A stretch of 64,000 nucleotides of DNA. It comes from Eledone cirrhosa (taxonomy: Eukaryota). The notes beneath the pieces were generated by a model, which was not told the DNA's origin, searched no databases, and saw only the letters and a list, made by a program, of their open reading frames with translations. The position numbers and the translations under genes were made by a program. Below, in pieces: positions 39,191 through 54,045 of the stretch; position 1 is the first letter of the stretch, and the number at the start of each line of letters is the position of its first letter. Location: contig OZ024740.1 of NCBI GenBank assembly GCA_964016885.1, positions 265,422,001 to 265,486,000 on the forward strand, given 5' to 3'.

Positions 39191-40439
39191 GTAATATATG
39201 GTTAATCTCCTTTACATAATGTTTTCTATATCCAACCACCTACAAATCATCTTTCAGATTATACCTATATATGATTCATATATAGTTAATTTACTTTCTA
39301 TTATCTCAACCTCATAAATATATTATTACACTTATCAATAGATTATAACCTTTTTTATATGACTACTTGAAATTATTTTAAGGAAAACTTTCCTTGAAAA
39401 ACTTTCGGAAGGTTTTAGAAAATTCTTTGAAAGTTCCTTTGAAAGATATGAAAATAACCATTAATTTCTTATTGCCAATATTTTTATATCTTCAAACATT
39501 TTTAATATATGTATCCAAATATTAATATATATGTGGAATAACATATGATTTTTATATATACATTTTTTATATATATGTGGAATAACCTATGGTTTATGGT
39601 TTAACTATATTCTTAAGATAAATTGTTTTTAAAAACTTTATAGCAAGTATGTCTTCTTATAAAATAACATATGGTTTATGTTTTAATTATATTCTTAAGA
39701 TAAATTTATGACTTTATAACATTTAATCCTTGGAATCATTTGAGATCTTAAAAAATCACTTCTAACTTCCTTTATACTTCCTTACTGTTTTTATAATATA
39801 ATTAAGTAGTTATTCCTTTGTAAACTCTCGTAAATTTTCATAAATTTAGAATTATTTGGATGTTTAAATTTTGACTTACAACTATTAATAAATATAATTT
39901 TGCCAAACTTACTTTAATAAATTAAACTATACTAGATTTTCTCTAATGTAAAATACTCTATATTTATTTTAATAATTTATAATCCTTAACATACACATCT
40001 AAACCAATATATTATTACTAATACATCTTAATATAATATAAATACTTCTGTTTTAATTTTAATATTAAGGCAAATTTTAATCTTTAATTTTGATTTCTAA
40101 TTTTTAATTTTAATATAATTTTTCAACCTATCATTATAAACATTATAATCACAACGTAATGAACCCTACATTCTAAATATTATTCTTCCATTCAATCTGT
40201 GAATGTAGAAGTAAATATTTCAAAAAACGTTGCAGCTGAATGAAAACAGGAAGACGATAGTTTGGTTCGTGAAGACGTTCCCTGGAAATGAACGGAAAAA
40301 AGCGAAGATAATGCTCAGTTATATGGAGCAGTGAGAACAATTACACGCAATGACAACACCACGTTTATGGTATAAATGGAGTCGTAGACTAATATTCTAT
40401 TTAGGAAACCGAATGATTCAAGGCTTCAGAGTTAAGAAT

Positions 40440-40600
40440 AATTGTTTCTACTGTTGGCACAAGGCCAACAATTATCCCAGTGTATTACTGGTACTTTAGT
40501 TTATGGACCCCGTAAGGATGAAAGGCAAAGTTGACCTCTGCAGGATTTGAACTCAGACCATAAAAGGACGTAACACTTTGCTGCAAAGCATGGCGTCAGA
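40440..40600 (-). mobile_element. tRNA-derived SINE, same family as 13190-13380
   Basis: GGCACAAGGCC..CCCAGTG..ACTGGTACTTTA..CCCCGTAAGGATGAAAGGCAAAGTT..GGATTTGAAC. Confidence 0.7.
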
Positions 40601-41269
40601 CCCTCAGAGTTAAGAATAATGTAAACAAATTAGTAGAACGAAAATGACAGAGGTTATTAAAATCATAAAAGTAATAATAATTAAATATAAACATACACGC
40701 ATCTATATACGTACATACACGTGCATACGAGAAAACACCCGCCATGTACACATAAACACGTTCACACATACATAAACCCGCGCGACATATGTACCCGAAC
40801 ACATACGAACGTATACACCAAATACACATAAAAAAATATATAGATGTGTGTCTGTGTACACATATAATTATATAAACGTATACACACATAAATACGTATA
40901 TAACGCACACACACACATACCTACAGGTAAATAAACATATGTTCAGTACGTCAACCAAAACACAATGTACACATATACACACCTTACATACCTGCAAACA
41001 TGCATACACGCATACTCACAAAATGCACATATACACATAACCATATACACACCACTATATATAATATAATATATACACCTATAACAAATGCAAGCATATA
41101 TAGGTACGAGAAAGTATACGTACCTTCACAAAACATATGGGTAAGGTATACTTACCTATACAAATAAGTAATGGTATAAACATAAAATATACTTAGCTAC
41201 CACATCAAGACATAAATTATCCGCGTATTGTTCGTACTATCCGTTAGGGTATAATGTGGGGCTGTAATA

Positions 41270-42445
41270 CAGGGGAGTGTTATGCAATTTGTGTTTACAA
41301 ACCGGAATTGCCTCACATTTTTTGTTTAAGATGTGATCATTGACGTAGAGTATTTCCAGGGCTTCAGCGGAGCAAAGATCGCATCGTCTTTTATTTCCGT
41401 TATACGATCTAGCTTTAGCTAAGATCTCCCAGTGTAACCTATATTGGGTGTGGTTGTCTTTTAGACTCCAGATATAAGCTGGAATGACGTCATATTCCTT
41501 CTTAAAGAGTTAAGAAAATAATGGGTGTGCATGTAAAGACGCTGCTTGAATCTGTTGGCAGTTAACCCTATGTAGGCCCTACTAGACGTGAGTGTTTCGA
41601 CCTGACATTTGTAGACAATGTTACTGGAGACGCATTTACCGGATAAAGGACAGTCAACCCGATTCCTACAATTACAGTTAGTACTAGCTACAGGGTTGCA
41701 GGTGTTCCTACGACTATGTAATTTAGCTACATTTGAAGCAGTGATGTTGTGTGCCATGTTAGGAGTCGTAGAGTAACATATTTTAATGGCAATTCTATTA
41801 AAAATGTTATTATTATTTTATTATTGTGCTGAGGGGAAATGCTTCTTAATAAGGGAGAGAAAGATGTTACCTAATGGTGTGGCCACCTCCATATTATATG
41901 GTGGGTTATACCATATAATGCGTCGGGATCTATTTTTCCATGGTTTATGCTCTTACTTAGTATATGCTACATTATCGACAAATTTACTCCGAGTAAGAGC
42001 TTCATTGTAACATGTGGAATGGTCGGTGAAAATATGCTCGTTTGTAGATAGACGGGCAAGCCTCAAAGCAACGTTTCTTATCAGGTTCTTGGTTATGCTG
42101 GCAGGATGGTTAGGATGCTTGCTTATGTAATTAAGCGTATCATTCGGCTTTCTATACGGGTTGTGCAAGCCATTGGACAAATTGAGGGTAACATCGAGGT
42201 AATTAACGACTGACAGGTTAGCCTCAACCTGTCTGGAGAGGCTGAAGCCTTTAAAGAAGGCTGTGAGTTATTTTCTAAATCTGTCGCAAGCGCGTGGACC
42301 GCACTTTGTCATGGTCAAAAGACCGTCATCGCGGTACAAACCACCGCCCACATTGGGGAGTTCTTCCTTGATAGAGAAAACTAGGAAAAGGCCGGTAAGA
42401 TCTGTAACCTCAGTTCTTAAAAGGCCGGTAAGATCTGTAAGTTCA
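41270..42445 (-). pseudogene. PLE (Hydra-clade-like) RT plus GIY-YIG, disrupted
   Basis: ORF pieces [46 protein letters not shown]; 33-bp tandem duplication at the 5' junction (42387-42441). Confidence 0.85.
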
Positions 42446-43538
42446 ATTCTTAAAAACTCGGAAATCAACCTGGTAAAAGCGATAAAATTATCGTTGTATT
42501 GCGGATGTTTAATGGAGTAAAATAATATTTTAATGAGTTTTTGTCTTCTTTTTTTTTTGTTTATTAAGAAATGATCACGTCTTTAAAGTTCATGAAATAA
42601 GTGATATAAATTCCAATATGTGAAACATTTGTTACAGAAGTTATTGGCTCCGCCGCCGCCGCAACCTACTTCTTCTTCTTCTTCTTCTTGGGGGATTGAA
42701 CTCTTTGCACAGTGTCGTTTAAAATTGACACCACTCAACCACCAAGAGAGTTCTATTCTCAAACGTTTTTTAAAGTGATGTTTTAATTGTTTATCTCTCA
42801 ATTCTTCATCGTTCAACCGTCTTTATATTTATGTGCGGATTTGCTTAAATATATTATTTACTTCGATACTGGGTTTTGGTTATTCTATCAATTATCAAAG
42901 ATTAATTTTAATACGATACATTTATTTATTCATTTTCATATTTTCCTAAATAAATAAGTAATTATTTAAGCTTGAGTATTCGGCAAACTCGTATATATTC
43001 TAAATCCTATTTTAATGTTACTTCTTCTTCTCGCCATTTTACCTAATTTTACCTTAGACTTTACCCTTTTTAGCATTTCTCTTGTTATTTCTTGGTTCAT
43101 TCTGAACCCCATAACATATTCTCCTAGTCTTACCCAGCCATTAGATTTTACTGGATATTTTTGTATTCCTACAATAGATATTTTATTTTGTGTGGTGTGT
43201 TCTAAACACAGTTTTTATACTTATTTGTTGTCTAGTGTTAGTAGTCCATTTCGTGTCAATTTAAGAATATTAACATTAACTTAGGACTGGGAGAGCTACA
43301 ATATTTGTTGTTTCAGTATTAATCTAAACGTCTTTAGAATTCCTACTTAAACATTTCTGTCATTTGTGTATATTGTATACTGATTATTCCACAGATTCAT
43401 AAATATTTCTCTGCTTGTGTTTGGTTAAAATCTCTTATCTCTGTTTCGTTAACATTAGCGATCCCTTGACACATATTCATGTCCGAAATTCATATCTAAT
43501 TATCTTGTAAATCCCTGTACTGTCTGCAGTAATGTTTC

Positions 43539-43597
<59 letters not shown>

Positions 43598-43738
43598 ATA
43601 TCAGCAGCTGTAGTAACTCTAAATGCTATTATTGTAATATTCTCTGAGTGCTGTTGTAGAGAAAACAGGCAAACAAGAACAAGTGATAAAATTATACGCT
43701 GGTATGTTGCGAGAAAGATTGGCGTCAAAAAATTATAG

Positions 43739-43877
<139 letters not shown>

Positions 43878-44121
43878 TATATATATAATGATATGCGATG
43901 TGTGTGTGGCATTGATTGTGTGTTTCTATGTATGTATATATATAAATTATACGTTTGCTTCAATGTATATATATATATATATATACTTTTCGCTTTAGTT
44001 CATAATGAAAAAAATATCAAATGTTTTTCCCGAATAAGAACTTAAATATTTAAACCACAGCTTCATTGTTTTTACGCATGGTTATCTATATACTTGAACC
44101 TATCATTACATTAATGTTTAC

Positions 44122-44194
<73 letters not shown>

Positions 44195-44229
44195 TTTTCT
44201 CACTATCTCTTTCTCTCTTCATGCATATA

Positions 44230-47200
44230 TATGTGTGTCTGTGTCTATTTATGTATGTCTACGCCATTTTTATTTAGTCTGTCTATATATTTATTTATTT
44301 ATTTGTTTGTTTATTTTATTTTGTCTTCTTTGCGCATGCGTTTGCGTGTGTGTATAGTGTTTTGTTTGATGTGTGTTCGTGATTGGGTGACTGTGTATCG
44401 GTTAATGTATTCTATCTTTACTAGTGTGTCTTTATATGTGTTTGTTGTTATTGTGCTTGTGTATGTATTTATTTATTTATCTATTTATTTATTTATTTAT
44501 TTATACTTCTCTTAGGTTAGTGTTGTTTGTTTGGGTGTTGTTGTTATTCCATTCATTCTTTCTGTTTAGTCTTGGCCTTCTAAGTTCTATTTCACTGGCC
44601 TCTCTGATTTGCCTATCTACTGGGTCATTTCTATGTTTAGATATTATTCTAATTTCTATGTTGTCTATGTTACCGCCGTGTTGTTGTCTGGCATGTTCGT
44701 ATAGTACTTACCCGTTTTTTCGTCCTTTTAGTTCCCCCCAGTGTTGGTCTATCCTTTCACCTATGCTACGAGCTGCCTCGCCTATGTATGTTGTTGTCAT
44801 GTTTCTGCAAGTACCCTCTGTACATCTTATGCTATAGACTACGTTTCTAGTTTTACAGTTTATCCGGGGGTTAACCTTACATGTGATACATTTCCTATTA
44901 GTAGAGTGGGTTTTCTTAAAAGGGTAGGTTTTGCTGATCAGGGATTTTATGGTGGATCCTGGCTTTTTACCACCTTAATCTTTAAGTGGGTCTTTCTCAG
45001 GGCCTCTCTACACTGGTTAGCTAATTTCCCTCCAGGGGTGGCGTCCACAAACATGACACTCTGGTATCTCTGGTTGTCGTACCATGAGGTGGCTTTGCCT
45101 ATCTTATGTCTAGCCTTATCTAAGCTATTCCATGATTTGCTCCTGTATAATGGGCAAATTCCTTTCATATCCAGTTCTATGAGGGTCTTATACTTCTCCA
45201 TGGCTCCTTCGTATACTCTGACTCTGTCGCTTTGGTTGTAGCCAGAGAACTGCATGCGATTGATGAAGTGTTGGATGTGTCTTTCCATTTCTGTTGGGTC
45301 GCACATGCGGGACACATTCTTCATCACTCGTACCAAATCTTCGATCAGAATATTAAACTTAGCACTACTGGACATTGATGAGTTTTTGAGTATCAGGTAT
45401 TTGGAGGCCATGGGTTTAGCATAGTGTGAGTGGATAATTTGGGCTCTCCCGTCTATAGTGTTAATCCAGAGTTCCGTGTCTAATACAGGTAGTCTATTGT
45501 TAGGGTGTTTGGAAGGGAAGTCGATAGTTACAGTTATACTCTGGTGTATGGAATTAGCTATCTGCTGGATGATTTCCATTGTGCTACGTTCTAAATCAAA
45601 CTTGTTAGTGCTCTCTAGTGGGGATGTTATTATAACTATATTGATATCGTCTACGTAACGAGAGTACATGATGAGGTTTATGGAGCTCTCATTAAGGAGA
45701 TCTTTAAGTCTCCTTTCCCACCATACCAGGAAAAGGTTGGCAACATCACCAGCTATGCTGACGCCAATGGCTGCTCCCTCATTTTGGGTGTAGATCTTCT
45801 CGTTGAACTTGAATATGTGGCCCTTTAGGGTAGTTTTCATACTAGCTCCTATTGCATGTGCGACCATTTTTCTTACCTAATCATTGTTTTGGGGGGTCCG
45901 TTTAGCTTTGGTCCACCCAATCCACCTTCCCATGGGAGTTTTTTTTGCCATTGAGGTTATGGTGGGGGGTCTACCTCTTATGGGTCTACTAGGGCAGAAA
46001 CGTCTAAGGTCATGGCTGTCTAGGTAGTCAGTGTCGTAGGTAAGTCTAAGTAGGAGGCCCAGTTCGTCTGTGTCGACGTCGCAGAACTCCACCTCACTCT
46101 CATCCATGCTGCCTATTATGCAGTTGGATAGGTTCCTGTTTTTGTTGCACTCACTGATTCTGCTGAGGAGGTCCTCTGTACTGTCACATACACCTGGGGA
46201 CATCGTGATTATGGGGCGTATAACTATTGAGAGGAAGTAGGAGATCCTGTAGTTGCTAGCTATATTAGCTCCGCATACGGGTCTTGTTGGTGGTCCTGTT
46301 GTCGGGTCGTCGACAGGTCTTGTGGTCTTTGCGGAGCCCATACAAGGGTGGTATGCCATTGTTAGAGGTCTGGAAGTTGTTGGCAGTGCGTCTGCTTGGC
46401 TTTAGGATGTCAGTCCACATCATCATGTGAGCTTTGAGGATTTTCTCTCTCCCATCATGTGTTTGCTGTGCAATTTTGCTCGTGTTGGTAATGTGGGGTT
46501 GCATAGCCTTGATGTAGTTCGGCATGCTATCTATTGACATCCTACCAGACTTATCCGTGGGTAGACATGCTACCTCACCATCCCTTGTGCGCTGCTTGAG
46601 GCTAACCAAGCCTTCTACAGGTTTCCTCCCAAGTTGTTGGGCCTCTGGTCTGCCCTGTCTCTTAGTATACCGGTCTACTATTTGTCTAATCTTATTTCTA
46701 GCTATTGTGAACTGTGCCTCCGTCTCGTCATCTATTTGCTGTGGTATGCAAACTCTTTTATTAAAGGGTAACCTCGTAGGATAGATATTACCCATCTTAT
46801 ATGTTTTGTCAGCTGGGTTGAAAAATAGTTTCTCTAAGGGGTTGTCATTATATCTATCGTCATAGTTGTGTGTGTTGCTATTGTTGTTATCATGGTGGTT
46901 GTTGTTGTTCCTATCATTTGCATTATTATTATTGTTATGATTGCTAGATGTATTGTTGTTTACTTCACCGTTATTGTTGTTGTTACTGTTATTTCTACCA
47001 TTGTGGTTGTTACTTTTATTATGTGTCTTGTTTTTGTTGTGTCTATCATTAATGTTGCTACATGTATTATTTCCATTATTACCACTGTGGTTATTGTTGT
47101 TGTTGTTCGTATTGTTACCGTTATTACTACTGTGGTCGCTGCTGCTGTGTCTGTGGTTAATGTTTCTATTATTATTATTATTATTGTGGTTGTTATTGTT

Positions 47201-48310
47201 GTTCTGTCTATCGTTAGTATTATTACCATTATTACTATTTCTCACTCTCCTATTAGTACAGTGAGTTTTCTTAAAAAGGTAGGTTTTGCTGATGAGGGAT
47301 TTTATGGTGGTTCCTGGCTTTTCTACCACTTTAATCTTTAAGTGGGTCTAGGAAATGTATCATATGTAAGGTTAACCCCCGGATAAACTGTAAAACTAGA
47401 AACGTAGTCTATAGCATAAGATGTACAGAGGGTACTTGCAGAAACATGACAACAACATACATAGGCGAGACAGCTCGTAGCATAGGTGAAAGGATAGCCC
47501 AACACTGGGGGGAACTAAAAGGACGAAAAAACGGGTAAGTACTATACGAACATGCCATACAACAACACGACGGTAACATAGACAACATAGAAATTAGAAT
47601 AATATCTAAACATAGAAATGACCCAGCAGATAGGCAAATCGGAGAGACCAGTGAAATAGAACTTAGAGGCCAAGACTAAACAGAAAGAATGAATGGAATA
47701 ACAACAACCCAAACAAACAACACTGACCTAAGAGAAGTATAAATAAATAAATAAATAGATAAATAAATAAATAAATACATACACACGCACAATAACAACA
47801 AACACATATAAACACACACTAGTAAATATAGAATACATTAACCGATACACAGTCACCCAATCACGAACACACATCAAACAAAACACTATACGCACACGCA
47901 AACGCATGCGCAAAGAAGACAAAATAAAATAAACAAACAAACAAATAAATAAATAAATATATAGACAGACTAAATAAAAATGGCGTAGACATACAATGTA
48001 ACGGGAGGAAACAATAGCACCATTGACGTTGTTGCAGATGTGCAACGAAAGAACTGTGATAAACTATATATATGTGTGTGTGTCTATATTGTATCTGTAT
48101 TATTTTTGACCGTCGGTTAGTCAATGGCAACATTGAGGACCGAATAAATTAGATTACCGATATAAAAGACACAGAAGCGAAAAGCGAAAACCCACCAAAC
48201 AGTGAGTGTGTTCTGTTATTAATTCTGGCAATATTACACAAATATGACCCTCCCCAAGTATAACAATATTTGTTTCGACACACGATTTCATATAATAAAC
48301 CTCGCAAAAC
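44230..48310. mobile_element. PLE family B: long minus copy (44230-47350) plus inverted 3' end and pLTR copy (47349-48310, plus)
   Basis: 47349-47990 mirrors 44250-44897; a linker fragment is duplicated at 47242-47350. Confidence 0.88.
44505..47240 (-). pseudogene. PLE family B polyprotein: Asn-rich N-terminus, RT and GIY-YIG, with frameshifts and deletions
   Basis: PTDKSGR, LYGLRKDHK, RPVCGA, IGSMD (motif A cut by a deletion), GAAIGVSIAG, YSRYVDDI, LPVLD, YAKPMA; endonuclease at 44505-44950. Confidence 0.88.
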
Positions 48311-48561
48311 TATATATATATGTATATATGTATATATATATTTGTATATATATATATGTCTTTGCTCACTATAAAAGAATCACGGCACAGGCATTGCTTT
48401 ATATCTGGAGATCTCTCTGCACTTGTCGTCACATGGCACCATGGGTCCAGCACTATGTGTCAATAATTGTCAGAAGTGTAGTGTTTGTACCAGAGTTTTC
48501 AAGTCGCTGGCTGGACTAAGAGTCACATTTGGGCAGCGCATCGGTAGGTGTTCTCCTACAT

Positions 48562-48635
<74 letters not shown>

Positions 48636-48739
48636 AAATGAAGTAATTCCGTCGGAAAAGTCCAGGAAAAAAGAGTGCTCTATGTAAGCAACAGAGCTTA
48701 ATTATTATTATTATGTAATAAACAACATAAGGCAAGTAT

Positions 48740-48797
48740 TCCATTTACCAGTGGTTTCTTAAAAGCAAAAGGTTTTGCTTTCAATCCTCAGAATGAA
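48740..48797 (-). ncRNA. Intact type-I hammerhead
   Basis: Minus strand CATT-CTGAGGA-TTGAAAGCAAAA/TTTTGCTTTTAA-GAAACCACTG-GTA-AATG. Confidence 0.8.
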
Positions 48798-48937
48798 AAA
48801 ATCCTGGTTTGTTTATTGAATTTGCATCTTAAAAACAAAAAAGCAAGCTATATGAAAGTGAGGCTGGAGAAGGAAGAAGGAAAGGAAAAATAAAATAAGA
48901 CTACACATACAACCACACATACACGAAAAAACATAAA

Positions 48938-49018
<81 letters not shown>

Positions 49019-49141
49019 ACACACGCATACACACACGCGTTATTCCGGGTTGAATCGGAGGCAGCCACAGTAAGCAAGGCACTCAGTACACCGCAGAGCA
49101 TGAAAGTTTTAATATAGATGAGAATCTGTATATGTATACAA

Positions 49142-49202
<61 letters not shown>

Positions 49203-49723
49203 CACACACACGCGCGCGCGCGCATGTGTATGCGCGCACGCACGCACGCGTATACAAATATAAATATATTTCCCCCATACACATGTGTGTGCGTGCATGC
49301 GCGCTTACGCGCATGCGTACGCGTGCCCATGGGTGCGCGCGAGTGTATGAGTGGGTATGTTCTGTTGAAAGTGTCTCGTGAATTTATGGCTACAGTTGTA
49401 TAGATTATACTTAGAAATTGTCTACAGAATTCCCTAAACCTTCGTCAATTTACTAGAATCTTTAAGAATTTAGCTTTTAAGGAATCTCCCCTTCCTCCAA
49501 ATCTATCTACCATGACTGACCCCATACTGATCTTACACACAAACATATCTACACACACACACGCATACATATATATATACACACACATACACACACACAC
49601 ATACACACACACATGCATATATACACACACATACACACACACACACATATATACACGCATATATATACATATATATATATGCGCGTGTGTACACGCATAC
49701 ACATACATACACATAGCCATACC

Positions 49724-49773
<50 letters not shown>

Positions 49774-50367
49774 CATACATTCACACAATCAAACATATAT
49801 ACACACTTACATGCATACACATACATAAATGCACTCCTCTACATATTCACACACGCAAATAAATATGAGAAAAAAAATATATATATATATATATATTATA
49901 AAAATATTGAGACCGTTACATAAGGCCGCAAACTGGACAGACAAGCGTGGTAAGAAACACACACAAAAGCACATATACATACGCACGAAATAGTCAACGC
50001 ATTCACACACTCTCACGCATAAAAAAAATTTCAAATACAAATACATAAACGCATACATACGCATACATGCATAACCACGCACAAGTGTACAATCTATACA
50101 CACACACATGTGTATACAACTATATGCACACACATACATATATGCATACATATACACACATATATATACATAAATACAAACGTACACACACACAATATAC
50201 ACGTACACATACACACACATATACATACATAGCTAAACATTTATACACATACAAATACGTATATATCATAAACACACACACATACACACACACACACACA
50301 TACACATACACACACACATACAATTATCAATATATACACACGCACATATGTACACACACACACATAT

Positions 50368-50410
<43 letters not shown>

Positions 50411-50580
50411 CATGCATATACACATATACACACATACACAACCACGCACACACACATGCATACGCATACACACACGTATATGCGTGTGTGTATGTAAAAC
50501 TCAATCTTAGATAAATCATAAGGACCTTACATATACGTATATATAGTAGTAAAGTATTAAAGCAACATAAGGCAATTATT

Positions 50581-50637
50581 CCATTTACCAAGGGTTTCTT
50601 AAAAGCAAAAAAATTTTTCCTACAATCTTCAGGATGA
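50581..50637 (-). ncRNA. Type-I hammerhead with partly decayed stems, mirror of 52161-52217
   Basis: Minus strand CATC-CTGAAGA-TTGTAGGAAAAA..TTGCTTTTAA-GAAACCCTTG-GTA-AATG. Confidence 0.6.
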
Positions 50638-50776
50638 GAGAAACCTGGCTTATCCACACATACACATATATACACACACACACAAATACATACATATATA
50701 AATACATACACACAGGCACACACACACATACGTATAAACATATATACATACACACATACACATACACACATATATC

Positions 50777-50830
<54 letters not shown>

Positions 50831-51039
50831 CATACATACACACAAATATACATACACATACAGATAGGTATGTGGAGGGCAAGGCAAAAAGAATATATGT
50901 GGGGGGGCGCATAGGAGAAGGTAAAATATAAGGGGAGGTAAGGGAGAAAAAATATATAATAAATGTAAATATACAAGAGTACAGAACGTAGAAACAGTAA
51001 AATAAAAACCGTAGCAGAAGTAAAGAGCGGGATAGGAGT

Positions 51040-51755
51040 TCAAGGCGGTTGATTTCTCATAGGAGTGTCAATCCAGTGACAGATCAGGTGCGGTCTCAGA
51101 TGAGGACAGCATCTGAAGATCTCAGTCTTTGAATTAAGGCAAGCAGAAGTGTCTCTCAAGTTTAGCAAAATCCTATACTTTTCTGTGGTACACAAAGAAC
51201 AATTCTTTGTGTCCCTTTGGTACTCCCTCGAATGGTCTAATATAGACCAATCAATAGAGTACGGGATGTTACTATCCTTGAGTTCCCACACCTTACTTGC
51301 GAGGGCCGTTGATGTTCGTTTATCGGAGTGCTTAAAAGAAGCGACATGTGAGTAAAATCTGGTTTTAAACCTGTCCTGGGTCATACCGACATATCGCTCA
51401 CTCCTGGCTGGCTGGTTGTTTGTCTAATAGTTCAAGGAAATTCCTTGAACTATTAGACAAACATTTTCCTCCTAATCATAGATATTATAAGATATTTAAT
51501 AGGAACGTAGTCAAGATCAGTTACTCTTGTTGCCCATCTATGAAGTCCAAAATCACCAGCTCAAACCGGACGGAAATTAATCCAGGATGCAGTTGCAGGA
51601 AGCCGGACGAATGCCCATTGCAGGGTAGATGTACCACTAAATCTGTCGTTTATGAGGCTACGATAACACCAGTAATCAACAACCAGCCAGCCAGGAGTGA
51701 GCGATATGTCGGTATGACCCAGGACAGGTTTAAAACCAGATTTGAACCGCCTTGA
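51040..51755. pseudogene. Head-to-head PLE GIY-YIG fragments (51040-51420 minus; 51421-51755 plus with an internal deletion)
   Basis: KISYSC, CSCRKPDECPLQGRC, VVYEA..YVGMT..FKTRF, IDWSIL, CSLC. Confidence 0.85.
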
Positions 51756-51977
51756 ACTCCTCTCCCGCTCTTTACTTCTGCTACGGTTTTTATTTTACTG
51801 TTTCTACGTTCTGTACTCTTGTATATTTACATTTATTATATATTTTTTTCTCCCTCACCTCCCCTTATATTTTACCTTCTCCTATGCCCCCCCCCCCCCC
51901 CACATATATTCTTTTTGCCTTGCCCTCCACATACCTATGTGTATGTGTATGTATATTTGTGTGTATGTATGTATATG

Positions 51978-52013
<36 letters not shown>

Positions 52014-52160
52014 GAGAGAGATATATGTGTGTATGTGTATGTGTGTATGTATATATGTTTATACGTATGTGTGTGTGTGTGCCTGTGTGTATGTATTTAT
52101 ATATGTATGTATTTGTGTGTGTGTGTATATATGTGTATGTGTGGATAAGCCAGGTTTCTC

Positions 52161-52217
52161 TCATCCTGAAGATTGTAGGAAAAATGTTTTTGCTTTTAAG
52201 AAACCCTTGGTAAATGG
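52161..52217 (+). ncRNA. Type-I hammerhead with partly decayed stems
   Basis: CTGAAGA 52166-52172; GAAA 52200-52203; GUA 52210-52212. Confidence 0.6.
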
Positions 52218-52390
52218 AATAATTGCCTTATGTTGCTTTAATACTTTACTACTATATATACGTATATGTAAAGTCCTTATGATTTATCTAAGATTGAGTT
52301 TTACATACACACACGCATATACTACGTGTGTGTATGCGTATGCATGTGTGTGTGCGTGGTTGTGTATGTGTGTATATGTCTATATGCATG

Positions 52391-52459
<69 letters not shown>

Positions 52460-53023
52460 ATATGTGTGTGTGTACATATGTGCGTGTGTATATATTGATA
52501 ATTGTATGTGTGTGTGTGTGTGTGTATGTGTGTGTGTGTTTGCGTTCTGTTGTGCGTGTTTATGATATATACGTATTTGTATGTGTATAATTGTTTAGCT
52601 ACGTATGTATATGTGTGTGTATGTGTACATGTATATATATGTGTGTATATGTATGCATATATGTGTGTGTGTGCATATAGTTGTATACACATGTGTGTGT
52701 GTATAGATTGTACACTTGTGCGTGGTTATGCATGTATGCGTATGTATGCGTTTATGTATTTGTATTTGAAATTTTTTTTTATGTGTGAGAGTGCGTGAAT
52801 GCGTTGACTATTTCGTGCGTATGTATATGTGCTTTTGTGTGTGTTTCTTACCACGCTTGTCTGTCCAGTTTGCTGCCTTATGTAACGGTCTCAATATTTT
52901 TATAATATATATATATATATATTTTTTTTTTCTCATATTTATTTGCGTGTGTGAATATGTAGAGGAGTGCATTTATGTATGTGTATGCATGTACGTGTGT
53001 ATATATGTTTGATTGTGTGAATG

Positions 53024-53063
<40 letters not shown>

Positions 53064-53237
53064 GGTATGGCTATGTGTATGTATGTGTATGCGTGTACAC
53101 ACGCGCATATATATATATGTCTATATATGCGTGTATATATGTGTGTGTGTGTGTGTATGTGTGTGTATATATGCATGTGTGTGTGTGTATGTGTGTGTGT
53201 GTGTATATATATGTATGCGTGTGTGTGTGTAGATATG

Positions 53238-53317
<80 letters not shown>

Positions 53318-53745
53318 TGTATGTATGAATGTTTGTATATGTTTGTTTTTAGAGGAACAAAGGCAGACAGATTTCTGTATTCAGATTGGAGCCAATCCTT
53401 ATCATTAGGTTTCTCTTTAGCTTACAGGTGTCTGTAAGATCAGTATGGGGTCAGTCATGGTAGATAGATTTGGAGGAAGGGGAGATTCCTTAAAAGCTAA
53501 ATTCTTAAAGATTCTAGTAAATTGACGAAGGTTTAGGGAATTCTGTAGACAATTTCTAAGTATAATCTATACAACTGTAGCCATAAATTCACGAGACACT
53601 TTCAACAGAACATACCCACTCATACACTCGCGCGCACCCATGGGCACGCGTACGCATGCGCGTATGCGCGCATGCACGCACACACATGTGTATGGGGGAA
53701 ATATATTTATATTTGTATACGCGTGCGTGCGTGCGCGCATACACA

Positions 53746-53814
<69 letters not shown>

Positions 53815-53912
53815 TTGTGTTTGTATACATATACAGATTCTCATCTATATTAAAACTTTCATGCTCTGCGGGGTACTGAGTGCCTTGCTTACTTAAACAA
53901 ACCAGGATTTTT

Positions 53913-53971
53913 TTCATTCTGAGGATTGAAAGCAAAACCCTTTGCTTTTAAGAAACCACTGGTAAATGGAA
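53913..53971 (+). ncRNA. Intact type-I hammerhead
   Basis: Stem I CATT/AATG; CTGAGGA 53919-53925; 11-bp stem II; GAAA 53952-53955; ACCA-C-TGGT; GUA 53962-53964. Confidence 0.82.
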
Positions 53972-53997
53972 TAATTGCCTTATGTTGTTTACTACAT

Positions 53998-54040
<43 letters not shown>

Positions 54041-54045
<5 letters not shown>

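Larger units (their letters stand above)
48702..54003. repeat. 5.3-kb imperfect palindrome centred on PLE endonuclease fragments
   Basis: Left arm 48702-51051 mirrors right arm 51745-54003; 51358-51420 mirrors 51678-51742. Confidence 0.9.
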
